NCBI RefSeq assembly: GCF_006345805.1
Contig: NC_043004.1
Span: 1,798,001 to 1,862,000, forward strand
Length of the DNA stretch: 64,000 nt
From: Octopus sinensis
Taxonomy: Eukaryota
Reading direction: 5' to 3'
The notes beneath the pieces are model-generated. The model was not told the origin of the DNA, searched no databases, and worked only from the letters and a program-made list of their open reading frames with translations. A program made the translations under genes and the position numbers. This document shows, piece by piece, positions 25,293-37,760 of the stretch (position 1 is its first letter; each line of letters begins with the position of its first letter).

Positions 25293-26276
25293 GTGCACGT
25301 AAGAATGTATGCATGTTATATATATATAAATTTTTCATTTTGCGCGCGCGTATGTGTGTATGAATATAGAAAAAGTATGTCACGTGTTATGTTGCTAGGA
25401 GAGTTCGTAGAAAATTTTGACAAGTTCAACTGCCGCCGCGAGGAGTGAAGAATTTAACTTCATGGGATCCTGACCTTTGTCATGAGGAACATCGAAACAA
25501 GTTATTAGCTTTGGTTGAAAGAGCGCAAAATAAATAAATGAATAAATAAATAAATAAATAAATAAATAAGATAAAAAAAATACTGAAATCATTCTCAGAT
25601 GAAGAATCTTCGAGATTTCATTCCTTCTAGTCATTAATGTAATTACACTATAGTTAGAACTCTACCATGGAATAACTGCTTCTGTCGAAAACTTTGTCAA
25701 TTCCTTCGAAATTGGGGTTTTTACAACGTGTGATGCAGTCTACAGTATTCTATAAGGTGCGAGAATTATATTTTCCAAACTTCACTTGTTTCTAGTGATA
25801 TTCCTTTCATTGGGGGTCATCTGAAGACCGAGCGGAATTCATAAGAGAGCACATTTTCTGGTTATAAAAGTATGTGTTTTTAAACTGGCAAATACAACTA
25901 TTTTTATTTGAATCAACAGGAATCGAAGATGCAAGGGGGAATTCCAACCAGGTTTCGTGGTTTGCTACCTCAACAGATCCCAGTGCTGGTCGCGAAAAAT
26001 CAAACGTCGTTGAAATTACCCATTTGCGTGTCTGCGTCGCACCTTGGGCAAGTGTCTTCTACTACAGCCTCGGGCCGACCGAGCCGTGTGAGTGCATTTG
26101 GTAGATGGAAACTGAAAGAAGCCCGACATGCAAGTAGTGAAATGAAAATGCATGTATATTTACGCTGCTGTACACATATGTAAGAGTTCATGTGTGCGTC
26201 CCTAGGTAAAATTACATATATGCACACACATACTATTTCATATACGCATTCGCAAATACATACACATACAGATACG

Positions 26277-26333
<57 letters not shown>

Positions 26334-26341
26334 ATATATAT

Positions 26342-26372
<31 letters not shown>

Positions 26373-27495
26373 ATTTGTATGTAGGTAGGTATGTGTATGT
26401 ATGTATGTATGTATGCATATATGTATGTATATGTATGTATGTATGCATGTATGTATATATATATATATATATATATACATACATACATACATACATACAT
26501 ATGTGCACGTAAGAATGTATGCATGTTATATATATATAAATTTTTCATTTTGCGCGCGCGTATGTGTGTATGAATATAGAAAAAGTATGTCACGTGTTAT
26601 GTTGCTAGGAGAGTTCGTAGAAAATTTTGACAAGTTCAACTGCCGCCGCGAGGAGTGAAGAATTTAACTTCATGGGATCCTGACCTTTGTCATGAGGAAC
26701 ATCGAAACAAGTTATTAGCTTTGGTTGAAAGAGCGCAAAATAAATAAATGAATAAATAAATAAATAAATAAATAAGATAAAAAAAATACTGAAATCATTC
26801 TCAGATGAAGAATCTTCGAGATTTCATTCCTTCTAGTCATTAATGTAATTACACTATAGTTAGAACTCTGCCATGGAATAACTGCTTCTGTCGAAAACTT
26901 TGTCAATTCCTTCGAAATTGGGGTTTTACAACGTGTGATGCAGTCTACAGTATTCTATAAGGTGCGAGAATTATATTTTCCAAACTTCACTTGTTTCTAG
27001 TGATATTCCTTTCATTGGGGGTCATCTGAAGACCGAGCGGAATTCATAAGAGAGCACATTTTCTGGTTATAAAAGTATGTGTTTTTAAACTGGCAAATAC
27101 AACTATTTTTATTTGAATCAACAGGAATCGAAGATGCAAGGGGGAATTCCAACCAGGTTTCGTGGTTTGCTACCTCAACAGATCCCAGTGCTGGTCGCGA
27201 AAAATCAAACGTCGTTGAAATTACCCATTTGCGTGTCTGCGTCGCACCTTGGGCAAGTGTCTTCTACTACAGCCTCGGGCCGACCGAGCCGTGTGAGTGC
27301 ATTTGGTAGATGGAAACTGAAAGAAGCCCGACATGCAAGTAGTGAAATGAAAATGCATGTATATTTACGCTGCTGTACACATATGTAAGAGTTCATGTGT
27401 GCGTCCCTAGGTAAAATTACATATATGCACACACATACTATTTCATATACGCATTCGCAAATACATACACATACAGATACGTATATATATATATA
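25060..27495. repeat. Tandem duplication 2 (two ~1.2-kb copies)
   Basis: ATGTGCACGTAAG at 25291 and 26501; GATACGTATA at 26271 and 27476. Each copy holds a family B SINE fragment (~26030-26150, ~27235-27355). Confidence 0.95.
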
Positions 27496-27649
27496 CGTAA
27501 GTATCCCGTCATACAAGCAGGTAGACAGATATATGCACTGGTAGCGTGTGTCTGTCTTAAACACAAGAAAGTATCTACACGTTCACACGGATACACGCAT
27601 AGAGACATGCATCATATACGACATGTACAACGATAGGAATACGTGTATG

Positions 27650-27683
<34 letters not shown>

Positions 27684-28114
27684 TATAAGTATATATGTAT
27701 GTATGAATGTATGTATGCATGGATAGCTGCCTGGATGGATGTATATATGGATGTATATAGGTATGTATGTATGTATGTATGCATGTACTTCACACGCACG
27801 CATTCATAGTTCAAATACGTCACACAGATTTATAGATTTGCTTCTTTTTTTAATGTTTGTCTGAAAATATTCCATTTTCCATTTTAATCTTTGCCATTTA
27901 TTAAAATCGCTTTCCCCTCACGGTACGCCAATTTTATTTGACATTTTTTCTCTCACTAAAAGTAAAATCGGAATAGCACTGTTTTCATCTACATCTGACA
28001 TGAAGGGAGCCTGACAGAAGACACTTCACACAAACTCATTTTCCTCCTGGGGTAAATACCGTTTCGTAACAGCTTTTGTATTATTCACCTTTAACTCTGA
28101 AAATCATGGGAAGA

Positions 28115-28150
28115 TTATTATTACTATTATTATTATTATTATTATTATTA

Positions 28151-28183
<33 letters not shown>

Positions 28184-28338
28184 CATTGTTGTTGTTGTTG
28201 TTCTTCTTCTTCATCTCCTTCTTCATCTCCTTCTCCTTCTTCTTCTTCTTCTTCTTCTTCTTCTTCTTCTTCTTCTTCTTCTTCGTCTTCTTCTTCTTCT
28301 TCTTCTTCTTCTTTTTCTTCTTCTTCTTCTTCTTCTCA
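28115..28338 (+). repeat. (TTA)n-(TTG)n-(TTC)n compound microsatellite
   Basis: Direct reading. Confidence 0.95.
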
Positions 28339-28339
28339 A

Positions 28340-28645
28340 GTGTTGTTGCTATTATTTTCATATACACAACAAATTATAATGCTGGAAAAGAAAAATTCCT
28401 AACATCCAGCTACAACAAGTAACTTTAGATGCCAAGAACCTTCCCAAATATTCTAGCGGTCCCTAATAACACTGTTTTCTGGAGCTGTACTAAACTGGGT
28501 TTTATGCCTATTTCCTTTATCCACGTGGTCAAATCTTTAGGGATAGTTCCCATTGCACCTATAACTACTGGGATACATTTTACCTGCACTTTCCATAGTC
28601 TCTGTAATTCAATGGCTAAGTCGTGGTACTTTGCTATTTTTTATA
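28340..28645 (-). mobile_element. R4/Dong-like LINE 3' end
   Basis: KIAKYHDLAIELQRLWKVQVKCIPVVIGAMGTIPKDL...LQKTVLLGTARI (REL C-terminus), then 3' UTR and trinucleotide tail. Confidence 0.85.
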
Positions 28646-28837
28646 CATCTCATATTGATTATCGTTGTTGTTGTTATTATTATTATTATCATTATTATTA
28701 TTATTATTATTTTATTATTATTATTATTATTATTGTTGTTGTTGTTGTTGTTATTCCTCTTCTTTTCCTTCTTCTTCTCCTCCTTCTTCTAATTGTTATT
28801 ATTATTATTATTGGTATTCTTATTATCATTAATATAA

Positions 28838-29285
28838 AGGCGGTGAGCAGGCAGAATCGTTAGTACGCCGGCCGAAATGCTTACCGGTATTTCCATTGTC
28901 CTTATACTCTGAGTTCAAATTCCGGCGGGGTTGACTTTGCTTTTTATCCTTTCGGGGTCAATAAATTAAATACCATTGAAACGCTGGGGTCGATGTAATC
29001 GACCAGTCCCTTACCCCCAAAATTTCAGACCTTGTGTCTTTACTAGAAAGTGTTATTATTATTATATTATTATTATTATTATTATTATTATCACAAAGGC
29101 GGCGAGCACCCTGGACGAAAGGCTCATCGGCATTTCATCCATCTTTATGTTCTAAGTTCAATATCCACCAACGTCGACTTTGCCTTAAATCCTTTCGGGG
29201 TCGATAAATTAAGTACCATTTGCGTACTGGGGTCTATCTTATTATCTCCCCCAAAGTTACAAGCCTTGTTTCTATAGTAGAAAAG
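28838..29285 (+). mobile_element. Two tandem family A SINEs with (ATT)n tails
   Basis: Heads AAGGCGGTGAGC (28838) and AAGGCGGCGAGC (~29097), each with B-box and CCCCCAAA..CCTTGT tail. Confidence 0.85.
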
Positions 29286-29309
29286 ATTATTATTATTATA
29301 GTTATTATT

Positions 29310-30185
29310 GAGTGATAGAGCAGTAAAATATACGAAGCCCAGTATACCCATCATGATTACCCGTCTAATAAGGGTACATCAAGCACATGTATCACAGCCG
29401 TATGTGATCAGAGATGTACATATAGTCAGCCACTAAGGGACATGCTAACTGGTTATGGTCAAATAACTGACAAGCACATCTGTGGTATTTAGCAGAATAT
29501 TTGCTGTAGCCCATCTGTTATACCAAGACAAAACAATGTACATTATTATTATTATTGAGTGAGCGAGCAGAGCATGCCATCAAAGTGACACTGGGGTAAA
29601 ATATACGAAGCCCAATATACCCATCATGACTACCCGTCTGATAAAGGTACACCAGGCACATGCATCACAACCATATGTGCGCGACATGGTAATCTCATAT
29701 CAAAATAAACAGCACATGACCTTGCAGGTGGGGCCCAGTTAGAATTTTCTTCAGGTTGAGTAGCCCATCCTGCTCAAAAGGTCCCTGAATAAGGGTTGCT
29801 TTAGGATGTTGAACGAAACACCTATGTTTCCAGAGGTGAATTATTCAAACTCCAAAGAATCCCTCTCAACACATGGCCATAATGCTCCCCCACTACTTCT
29901 GCTCGTGATCAGAGATGCACGTATTGTCAGCCACTAAGGGACATGCTCAACTGGTTAAGGTCAAACAACTGACAAGCAAATTTGTGGTATTGAGCAGAAT
30001 ATTTGCTGTAGCCCATCTTTTATACCAAGACAAAACAATGTACATGATAACACTTCCAATCAGTTAAGATCAGAAGCACATGATAACACTTCCAATCAGT
30101 TAAGATCAGAAGCACATGATAACACTTCCAATCAGTTAAGATCAGAAGCACATGATAACACTTCCAATCAGTTAAGATCAGAAGC
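29310..30185 (-). mobile_element. Two tandem copies of the ~560-bp (AAT)n-associated element
   Basis: Reverse complement of parts of 1200-1756: a deleted copy at 29310-29542, a (TTA)n spacer, and a longer copy at 29557-30185. Confidence 0.9.
30042..30185. repeat. Four perfect tandem copies of a 36-bp unit
   Basis: ACATGATAACACTTCCAATCAGTTAAGATCAGAAGC x4 with no spacers. Confidence 0.97.
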
Positions 30186-30198
30186 TTATTATTATTAC

Positions 30199-30233
<35 letters not shown>

Positions 30234-32050
30234 GGAAAGACTCTCGGGTAATTCTTAATTACCGGTTATTGTTTACATGCAATAACATATAGGTCCATGT
30301 AATACAACATAGACATTTAAATGGATAGGTATTTCACTGAGGATGTGGGCAGTACTTGTCAGTAATTGGATTTCTCTAAGACATGGTTTCCCTAGTATAT
30401 TATTGAGATGTTTCTGAATCACCTTATTATCATACTTAGGACACCCACAATAACAGGAACAGTTCTCATTTTAAGATGCCACATCTTTTGTATTTCAATT
30501 TCCAAGTCCTTATATTTGCTTAATTTGTCAAATTTTTTTACAGATATATTTTTATCAGTGGAACACTTACATCTATTAGTCTACAAGTATTTTCTTCTCT
30601 GTCTTTAATGATTATGTCTGGTCATTTAGCCTGGATCGTTCTGTCGGTGTTGGCTGCAAAATCTCAGCGATAGCGACATTTTTACCTCCAACAACTTGCT
30701 CAGGTTGATGTCCATACCAGTAAGCAGGGGTAATGATTTTGTGGTGTTTACATATTTCCCATGTAAATACTGTCCCATCCTATCGTGGCGATTTTTTTAT
30801 TCGTTTGGTGTCAGCACAGGACATCCCGGGACGTGATGGTCTATTGTTTCATTAAATGTATCGCAGAATCTGAATTTAGGGTCAGAACCGTTTTAAAGAA
30901 CGTTAACCTGATAGTTTTTGGTAAGCAAGCTTTGATCTTGTGCCGCTGATATAAATCTTCCAGTCTCTGCTTTCAGTCCTGAACTTCTCAGCCACTGATG
31001 AGTTGTTGCTTGGTCTACATCAGCATTTCAGCTTCGAAGTATATATCCTCCATATAAATGCTTCTGGTTCCTCTGCTCCTCAGTTTCTTTCTGCTTATTC
31101 TTTTTTGAAGTCTGTCTGATCCGTTTTGCTTGTTCGGTGGCAGTGGTTTCAGGTTCTTCATCTAATTTAAGGTTAATGCCGAGTTCCCTTGTGAATTTGC
31201 AAACTTCCTTGACAATAAAATATGATGTTTTGATGCAAGTGGAATACACGTCTCCTACACCATAGTAATGGGATGAGACAATATAACAACATCAATATCA
31301 AACGAGGCATCTTTCAAGGTGACTCCCTCTCCCTATTACTCTTTTGCACGACACGAATCCCACTCCCAGGTATGGGTTCAAAATGTATAATATTATAGCA
31401 TTCCATTTCTATTTTATATGGACGATCTGAAGCTGGTTGCTAGAAACGACGAGGATCTAGAAGGGCCGTTAACAAATGTTAAGGAATTCAGCAATGGCAT
31501 CGGGATGGATTTTGGCCTTGATAAGTGTGCTGAAGCAACTTTTGTTAGAGGCAAATTCAAACAGCTTCCATTAAATAAGATACCGACACTACTATCAAGG
31601 AGCCTGACCTACAAGAAAGCTATAAATACTTTGAAATAAACGAAGGAGATGGCATACATCATGCTAATAAAGAAGAAAAAATAACAAAAGAGTATTACAG
31701 GAGAGTGAGACTCATACCAGAGACTGAACTCCAAAACTGAACTCCAAAAATCGCATCGAAGCCATAAACACCCTGGCACTTCCAGTCGTCCAATATAGTT
31801 TTAACATCATTAACTGGAATCTTACAGAGCTCCAAAGCTTGGACAGAAAGACAAGAAAACTACCAATATCTAAGAATATGCACCACCCAAAAGCAGATGT
31901 TGATCATCTGTACCTACCTAGAAGTAATGGGAAAAGAGGAATGATGCAAGTAGACCTGTGCTATAAGCCTTCCACAATTACAATGAGCAAGGACTTATCT
32001 AGTACAGAGGACTGGATGCTGCGGAGGACTAAAAGCAGCAAAAAATCACA

Positions 32051-32055
<5 letters not shown>
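30234..32055 (-). mobile_element. R4/Dong-like LINE with an inverted 5' segment
   Basis: Minus 30234-~31235: zinc-knuckle/REL region (CPVL..RHDR; LSKYKDLEIEIQKMWHLK) ending at (TAA)n. Plus ~31235-32055: RT region (IKRGIFQGDSLS, YMDDLKL, FGLDKCA, HHPKADVDHLYLPRSNG). Confidence 0.9.
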
Positions 32056-32144
<89 letters not shown>

Positions 32145-32152
32145 ATTATTAT
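32054..32152 (+). repeat. (TTA)n(TTG)n microsatellite
   Basis: Direct reading. Confidence 0.95.
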
Positions 32153-32154
32153 GT

Positions 32155-32445
32155 AATGAAAACTCACAGCTTATTTTGCTAGGTACGACTGAAAGTGTCA
32201 GTTGTCCATACCCAGCAGTCTAAGGCAACATTTGTTTACTGGTCATGTTTCAAGAACTCTGCGAAGAATTCTAGCAGTTCGAAGCAATGCTGATTTTTGT
32301 AGGTGTTCTACTTTCACACTTGCACCAATCTTTTTCAGCCAGGCTGGTACTTGAGAGTTGATACTTCCAAGTGCACCAGTCACTATTGGTATAACGTCTA
32401 CTCTCTTCATTGACCACAACCTTCACATTTCCCACGTTATCATAA
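32155..32445 (-). mobile_element. R4/Dong-like LINE 3' end (second family)
   Basis: RLWSMKRVDVIPIVTGALGSINSQVPAWLKKIG...LQKSALLRTARILRRVLET*, then 3' UTR and (TAA/CAA)n tail. Confidence 0.85.
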
Positions 32446-33299
32446 GAGTAACAAACGATCACTTACCTTAGCACCGACAGTTTCATGTACTTATTTTTGC
32501 TTCCTCGTTTGGACACAGTTCTGGTATAAATTTCAGTTTCCTGGGTTACAAAAGTAAGGAAAACGTATACGAAACTTCTGAAGATGTAGCATCTGTGCTG
32601 TCTCGGAATTTTGAAAATAATTACACGCACGCACACATATTTATAATTTGAATGTTGTTATCTATATTGATAATCGAATACTGATAAAAAAACAAAGCTA
32701 CCATGTGTCTTCAAACAAAGGATGACATATATTTACTATAGAAACTCCACTATTTCGCATTGTCACGTCCACTCCTCATTGAATAAATTATTGATACGCG
32801 GTACATTTTAAAGTTTTTGAATAGTTATATTTAGGTATACCTCTCGAAAATTGCTATGTTTTTGTAATAACAAATATTGGGTGGTTTTAGAAAATATTTC
32901 TGTGGTGTTTTTGGAAAAAAAGGTAAAGTGTTGAAAAACTGAGACAACGCATGTTTGCGAGTTTGATATGGTAAATGTGAGATATTTTATGCCAAAATAT
33001 AAACAGTAGAAGAATGAGAAAGTTTGTTTTCAAACCAGTAGCTCTGTAAACAAACATCGGCCAAACCACCATCGCAAAGAGCCCAGAATAATTCATATAT
33101 CAATTGTGGTAACGAATAAATATGCATGTATACATACATGCACTACAGTATAAATACATACGTGTGTGTGTGTGTGTTGAGTGTGTGTATGTATAAATCA
33201 ATAACAAAGGATATTGTTCGAAAAGGAATTGGCTCCTAAAATCTTATAACTGTTTCTCAAATATGTATGTGCATAATGAAATGAAATCTTAAGCCAAAC

Positions 33300-33337
33300 C
33301 CATGTGTGTGTGCATGTGTATGTATATATGTATGTAC

Positions 33338-33413
<76 letters not shown>

Positions 33414-33504
33414 ATACATATACATATATATATATATATATATACATATATATATACACACATATATATATACATATACATATATATATACAAATATATA
33501 TGTA

Positions 33505-33558
<54 letters not shown>

Positions 33559-33652
33559 TATATACATATATATATATATATCTATATATATATATATATC
33601 TATATATATATATATATATATAATATATATATATATATATTATATATATATA

Positions 33653-33704
<52 letters not shown>

Positions 33705-33705
33705 G
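33300..33705. repeat. Long (AT)n tract
   Basis: Direct reading. Confidence 0.95.
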
Positions 33706-34557
33706 CACCTAAATTCTTGCTAATGTTTAGACGCAAGAATTCATCTTATCACACGACTAAAGCACACACAGTCATATTCATACATATTTGTGTTTGTATT
33801 TATTTAATGTGTTTGTTTACTTACGTGAAGAATACTAAAGAATGTATTGTTTTTATTTTTTTCAAATCTGCATCCATTACGTCGATACATAACATTTTCA
33901 ACTTTTCTCAGACAAAGTTTGCTATGGACGTAAGCTGTTATTTCGTCTTCATTTTTTACTTTTGTCTATTGGCAGTTTGACAAAGAACAAAAAGTATTCT
34001 TTTAGATGAAGAAAATGTAAATACGAATAATGTATAAATAACAACCAGGACATGTATAAATAGCAACAAAATATTACAGGAAACTATATTATACATTTTT
34101 TCTTCTCCACAAAACAGAAAATATGACCTTAAGTCACATACTTGATCTGCAATGTAGAATACCTACATTATGGAAGACATCATCATCAATAACAACATCC
34201 AGATCGGTGGGTTTACAAAAAGTTGAAGACAAAATGTCTCGCAGTACTTAGGTTCGGAGTTCTAATCACACATGAGGTCCGCGGTGGATCTTTTTTTGTG
34301 CGATTAACCACTGCTGCTATTGAAATCTACGATATTGGTTCTAAGATAGAATTTATTGTTATGAAAACATATTTGTAACCCGGTCACAATTTCATGCGTG
34401 TAATCATTTTTTATATATCAATAAATTTGTATTCAGCTGAGAGTGAGGCAGTGTCACAGATTGTTGCTATCAAAATTAGATTTCAGAAATTAGAAAGTTA
34501 AACTAAAATAATTTTATACATGTTTGTGTGCATATAAATGTGTGTGTGTGTGTGTGG

Positions 34558-34588
<31 letters not shown>

Positions 34589-35034
34589 TGTGTGTGCGTG
34601 AGGTGTGTGTGCGTGGGGTAGAAAGGGCTCCTTAGCCGTAGTGAAGGCAATCTATCTAGGGAGATAACCTTACAATAAATCACTCGGTCCGTAGCTTAGA
34701 AATACTGGGTTGACGTCCAGCGGAAACAGCTTTATTTCATGGAGGAGGAAAGATCTTCTTTAGTACTTGGTTGTACAATGTTTTCCAATGTGTGTAGTAG
34801 TGGCGTGCGCACACATTATTAGCCATTTGAAAAGGCTATGGAATTTAGTCTCGACCACGGTCGAACAATGATGATGATGATGTGTGTGCGCGTGTGTGTG
34901 TGTGTTCTGTTTTCCTTTTAATATTTTACCCGTTTCAGTCATTAAACTGCGGCCATAATGGGGGGCCGCTTTGAACAATTTTAACTGAAAGGTTACACAT
35001 CACTAATTATATTTCTAATCTTGATGCTAATTCT

Positions 35035-35215
35035 TTCAAAATCTTATGCCGAACTACTAAGTTATGGGGATGTAAACACACCAACATCGATTGTCAAACG
35101 TTGGTAGAGAACAAAGACACACAAACACACATATATGTATACATATATATGCATATACAACAGGCGTCTTTCGGTTACCGCCTACCATATCCACACACAA
35201 GGCTTTAGTCGGACC
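35035..35215 (-). mobile_element. Family B SINE fragment
   Basis: Reverse complement of the family B central and 3' portions. Confidence 0.65.
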
Positions 35216-35261
35216 GAGTAGAATGCCCGATTGAGCCCGTAGCCATGGTTGGGAAACAACC

Positions 35262-35412
35262 TTGGGACCAGTCGATTAGATTGACCCCTGTACCCAACTG
35301 GTACTTAATTTATCGACCCCGAAAGGATGGAAAGCAAAGTCGGCCTCGGCGGAATTTGAACTCAGAACGTAAAGACAGACGAAATACCGATAAGCATTTC
35401 GCCCGGTGTGCT
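35262..35412 (-). mobile_element. Family A SINE
   Basis: Reverse complement of ..CCGGGCGAAATGCTTA..GAGTTCAAATTCCGCCGAGG..TAAGTACCAG. Confidence 0.85.
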
Positions 35413-35424
35413 ATATATGTATAG

Positions 35425-35520
<96 letters not shown>

Positions 35521-35522
<2 letters not shown>

Positions 35523-35900
35523 TAGCAGAGATACCCGGCGTTGCCCGGTTACATTCAATTGAAAAATTAGACTTTTCTGTATATCTACTATAATCAACTG
35601 GAATATCTATGTTTCGAATTTCATTAAATTGCATATGAGGGTTATTTTCCTCTTTACACGCCCTAAAAAATTGTAATCGTGCCACATGTATCCCATATTA
35701 CTGATTTTTATGCGCATATTCCAAGATTACAGTCTTATTGAACCCGTTAAAAAGATTTTGCTCCTGAAAAATGAAGGTCATGGAGCTCTAAAATGTGAGA
35801 GTTAAGGCCCCTGTCGGGGGTGGGCATCTTAATGTCAACCAGAGAAGTTGAATTGTTGAAAATCTTTGGTCTTATATCTATTGTTTGAATTTCTTTGAAA
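35521..35900 (+). mobile_element. Helitron/Helentron-like non-autonomous element, 5' part
   Basis: ACTAGCAGAGATACCCGGCGTTGCCCGG directly after (AT)n, with a short CCGG..CCGG hairpin. Right boundary uncertain. Confidence 0.4.
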
Positions 35901-35959
35901 GAGGAAATATATGTTCACTGGGTTTGTAAAAGAGAGCAAAGCTACAGGAAACCAAAAGA

Positions 35960-37500
35960 CGAATGATCACAATAAGCAGTCAGTTACCCCACCCTAGTCG
36001 TTACCACTCCCAATGTAGGATTCCTCACCATCCAGGTGACAGGCACAGCCGTAAGATGCATTACGAATCTATAGCAATTGGAAGGGCGCAAAAAGTGAAG
36101 AGGCGGCCTCGCTATCTTCCACTGTACTCAGAGCGGAAAATTTTATTATGTTACCTACGTACATAGGAAGAAGAGGAGTAAGGGTTAAAATCCCAAACGT
36201 GCCGCCGGAAGTAAAGACGGAATGGCTGGTGACAGCCATTCTAGGATCGGCTGAAGATGAAATAGAAGTGGGGTCGATCACAGAGACCAACGTCGTAAAC
36301 TGGAAGGGATTCGGTGTGGAGTTGTGGCTGATGGCCACAATAGAAGATATAGAGCGAGTTCCCTTTCAGATAGAGGTAGAAAACGAAAGGACAATTGGCG
36401 TAATTGTAGAGAGAAGAAAGCCGAACTGTTACTTATGTGGAACAAGAGGTCATATAAGAGCAGAATGTCCGCTATATGAATTTACAGTGGAGAAAGAAAT
36501 GGAACAAAATAAGACACAGAGAGGAAGAACAGATAGAGAAAAAAGAACAGGAGAATGGAAAAAACAATGCACTGAAAGAGAAAGAAAATAAGATAAAAGA
36601 AACAACAGAGAAGGAACAAATGAAGGAAAAGCGACAAGAGAAAGGAAAGGCCAGTGCAATGAAGGAAAAAGAAAGCAAGGAAAAAGAAACAACAGGAAAA
36701 GAACAAAAGAAACAAAAAAGAGAAAAAGCAGAAAATGAGCTCAAGAAAAAACCGAGTATTCTGTCTCTGTTCGGTCTTGGGAAAGATGCACCGACAGTAA
36801 AAGAAAATGTAGAAAGAAAGAAGAGAGAAAGAGAGAAACTAAGAGTAGAGAACAAAGAAGCAGCCAGTCCTAAAAAGAAGACAAGGGAACACTCAACAGA
36901 AACCACAGTTTTGAAATGGGGACACCGATTTTATGGAGATCTTGTGATATACAAGAAATGTCCTGAAATGGACGAGACAATAGGGTGAACAAGGAAAACA
37001 TCATGGGTTAAGATGAGAACCGAGATTGAGGCCGGTGCTCTAGTCCACGAGGATAGTTTCCAGGGATTCATGGAGGCCGCCGAAAAGTACGTGGTGGATC
37101 ACTGGAAGTGTCGATTGAAAGAACGTCCATCTCGCGTGGAGAGATACTACACACTGGTGCACGAGATAGAATACACTTAAAATTGTGGAAAAGAAGGAAA
37201 AAAAAAGAAGAAAATTCTGTTAGCAAAAGGTATTGTGAAACTCTATGAAAATTTTTGTGCGATAAACTTTGTAAATTGTGTAAAATTTTGGAAAAATCAA
37301 TATGGGAGAGATTGACAAAAATGTAACCACTCGATTTCCGGGATCGAGTAGACATTGCACCTCATTGTAATATCTTTTTCATAACTCATTATTCTTAAAT
37401 TTTATTTCGTCTTATTTTTCATCCACTTTTGTTATATTTTAAGTTCTCCGATTTGTATTGTCCCTTCTTTGTTGGCCCCTTGTGGGTAATAAAAAAAATC
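35960..37500 (+). mobile_element. ORF1-only (HAL1-like) L1/Tx1-type element encoding a gag-like CCHC zinc-knuckle protein, frameshifted
   Basis: ORF 36148-36591 contains CYLCGTRGHIRAEC (CX2CX4HX4C) and continues by frameshift into a K/E-rich region (36476-36988). No endonuclease or RT sequence follows; it ends in AATAAAAAAAA at ~37488-37498. Confidence 0.65.
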
Positions 37501-37760
37501 AGATATTATGCTGTCGTTTATTCATCGATACTCAAAAACTGAACTTTCACCAACTGAATACGCACCTTGTAGTGCCTTAATGCTTTTTGCTGGATTTTAC
37601 CTCGAGAAAGGAACCAGGAGGAAGGAGGGCTGAATTTCGAATACTTCGTACAACCACTTTTCTGAAACGGCTGCAGGTTAGGAAAAAAAATTTAATCGCC
37701 TCTTTCAATTTAGGTATTTATTTTTCATGTTTATATTCGTATGTCATCGTTATGTTTATA

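Noticed and set aside
30042-30185. CRISPR-like 36-bp repeats
   Set aside because: No spacers, no cas genes, eukaryotic context; the unit is part of a retroelement.
36476-36988. K/E-rich coiled-coil host gene
   Set aside because: It is the frameshifted continuation of the retroelement ORF1.
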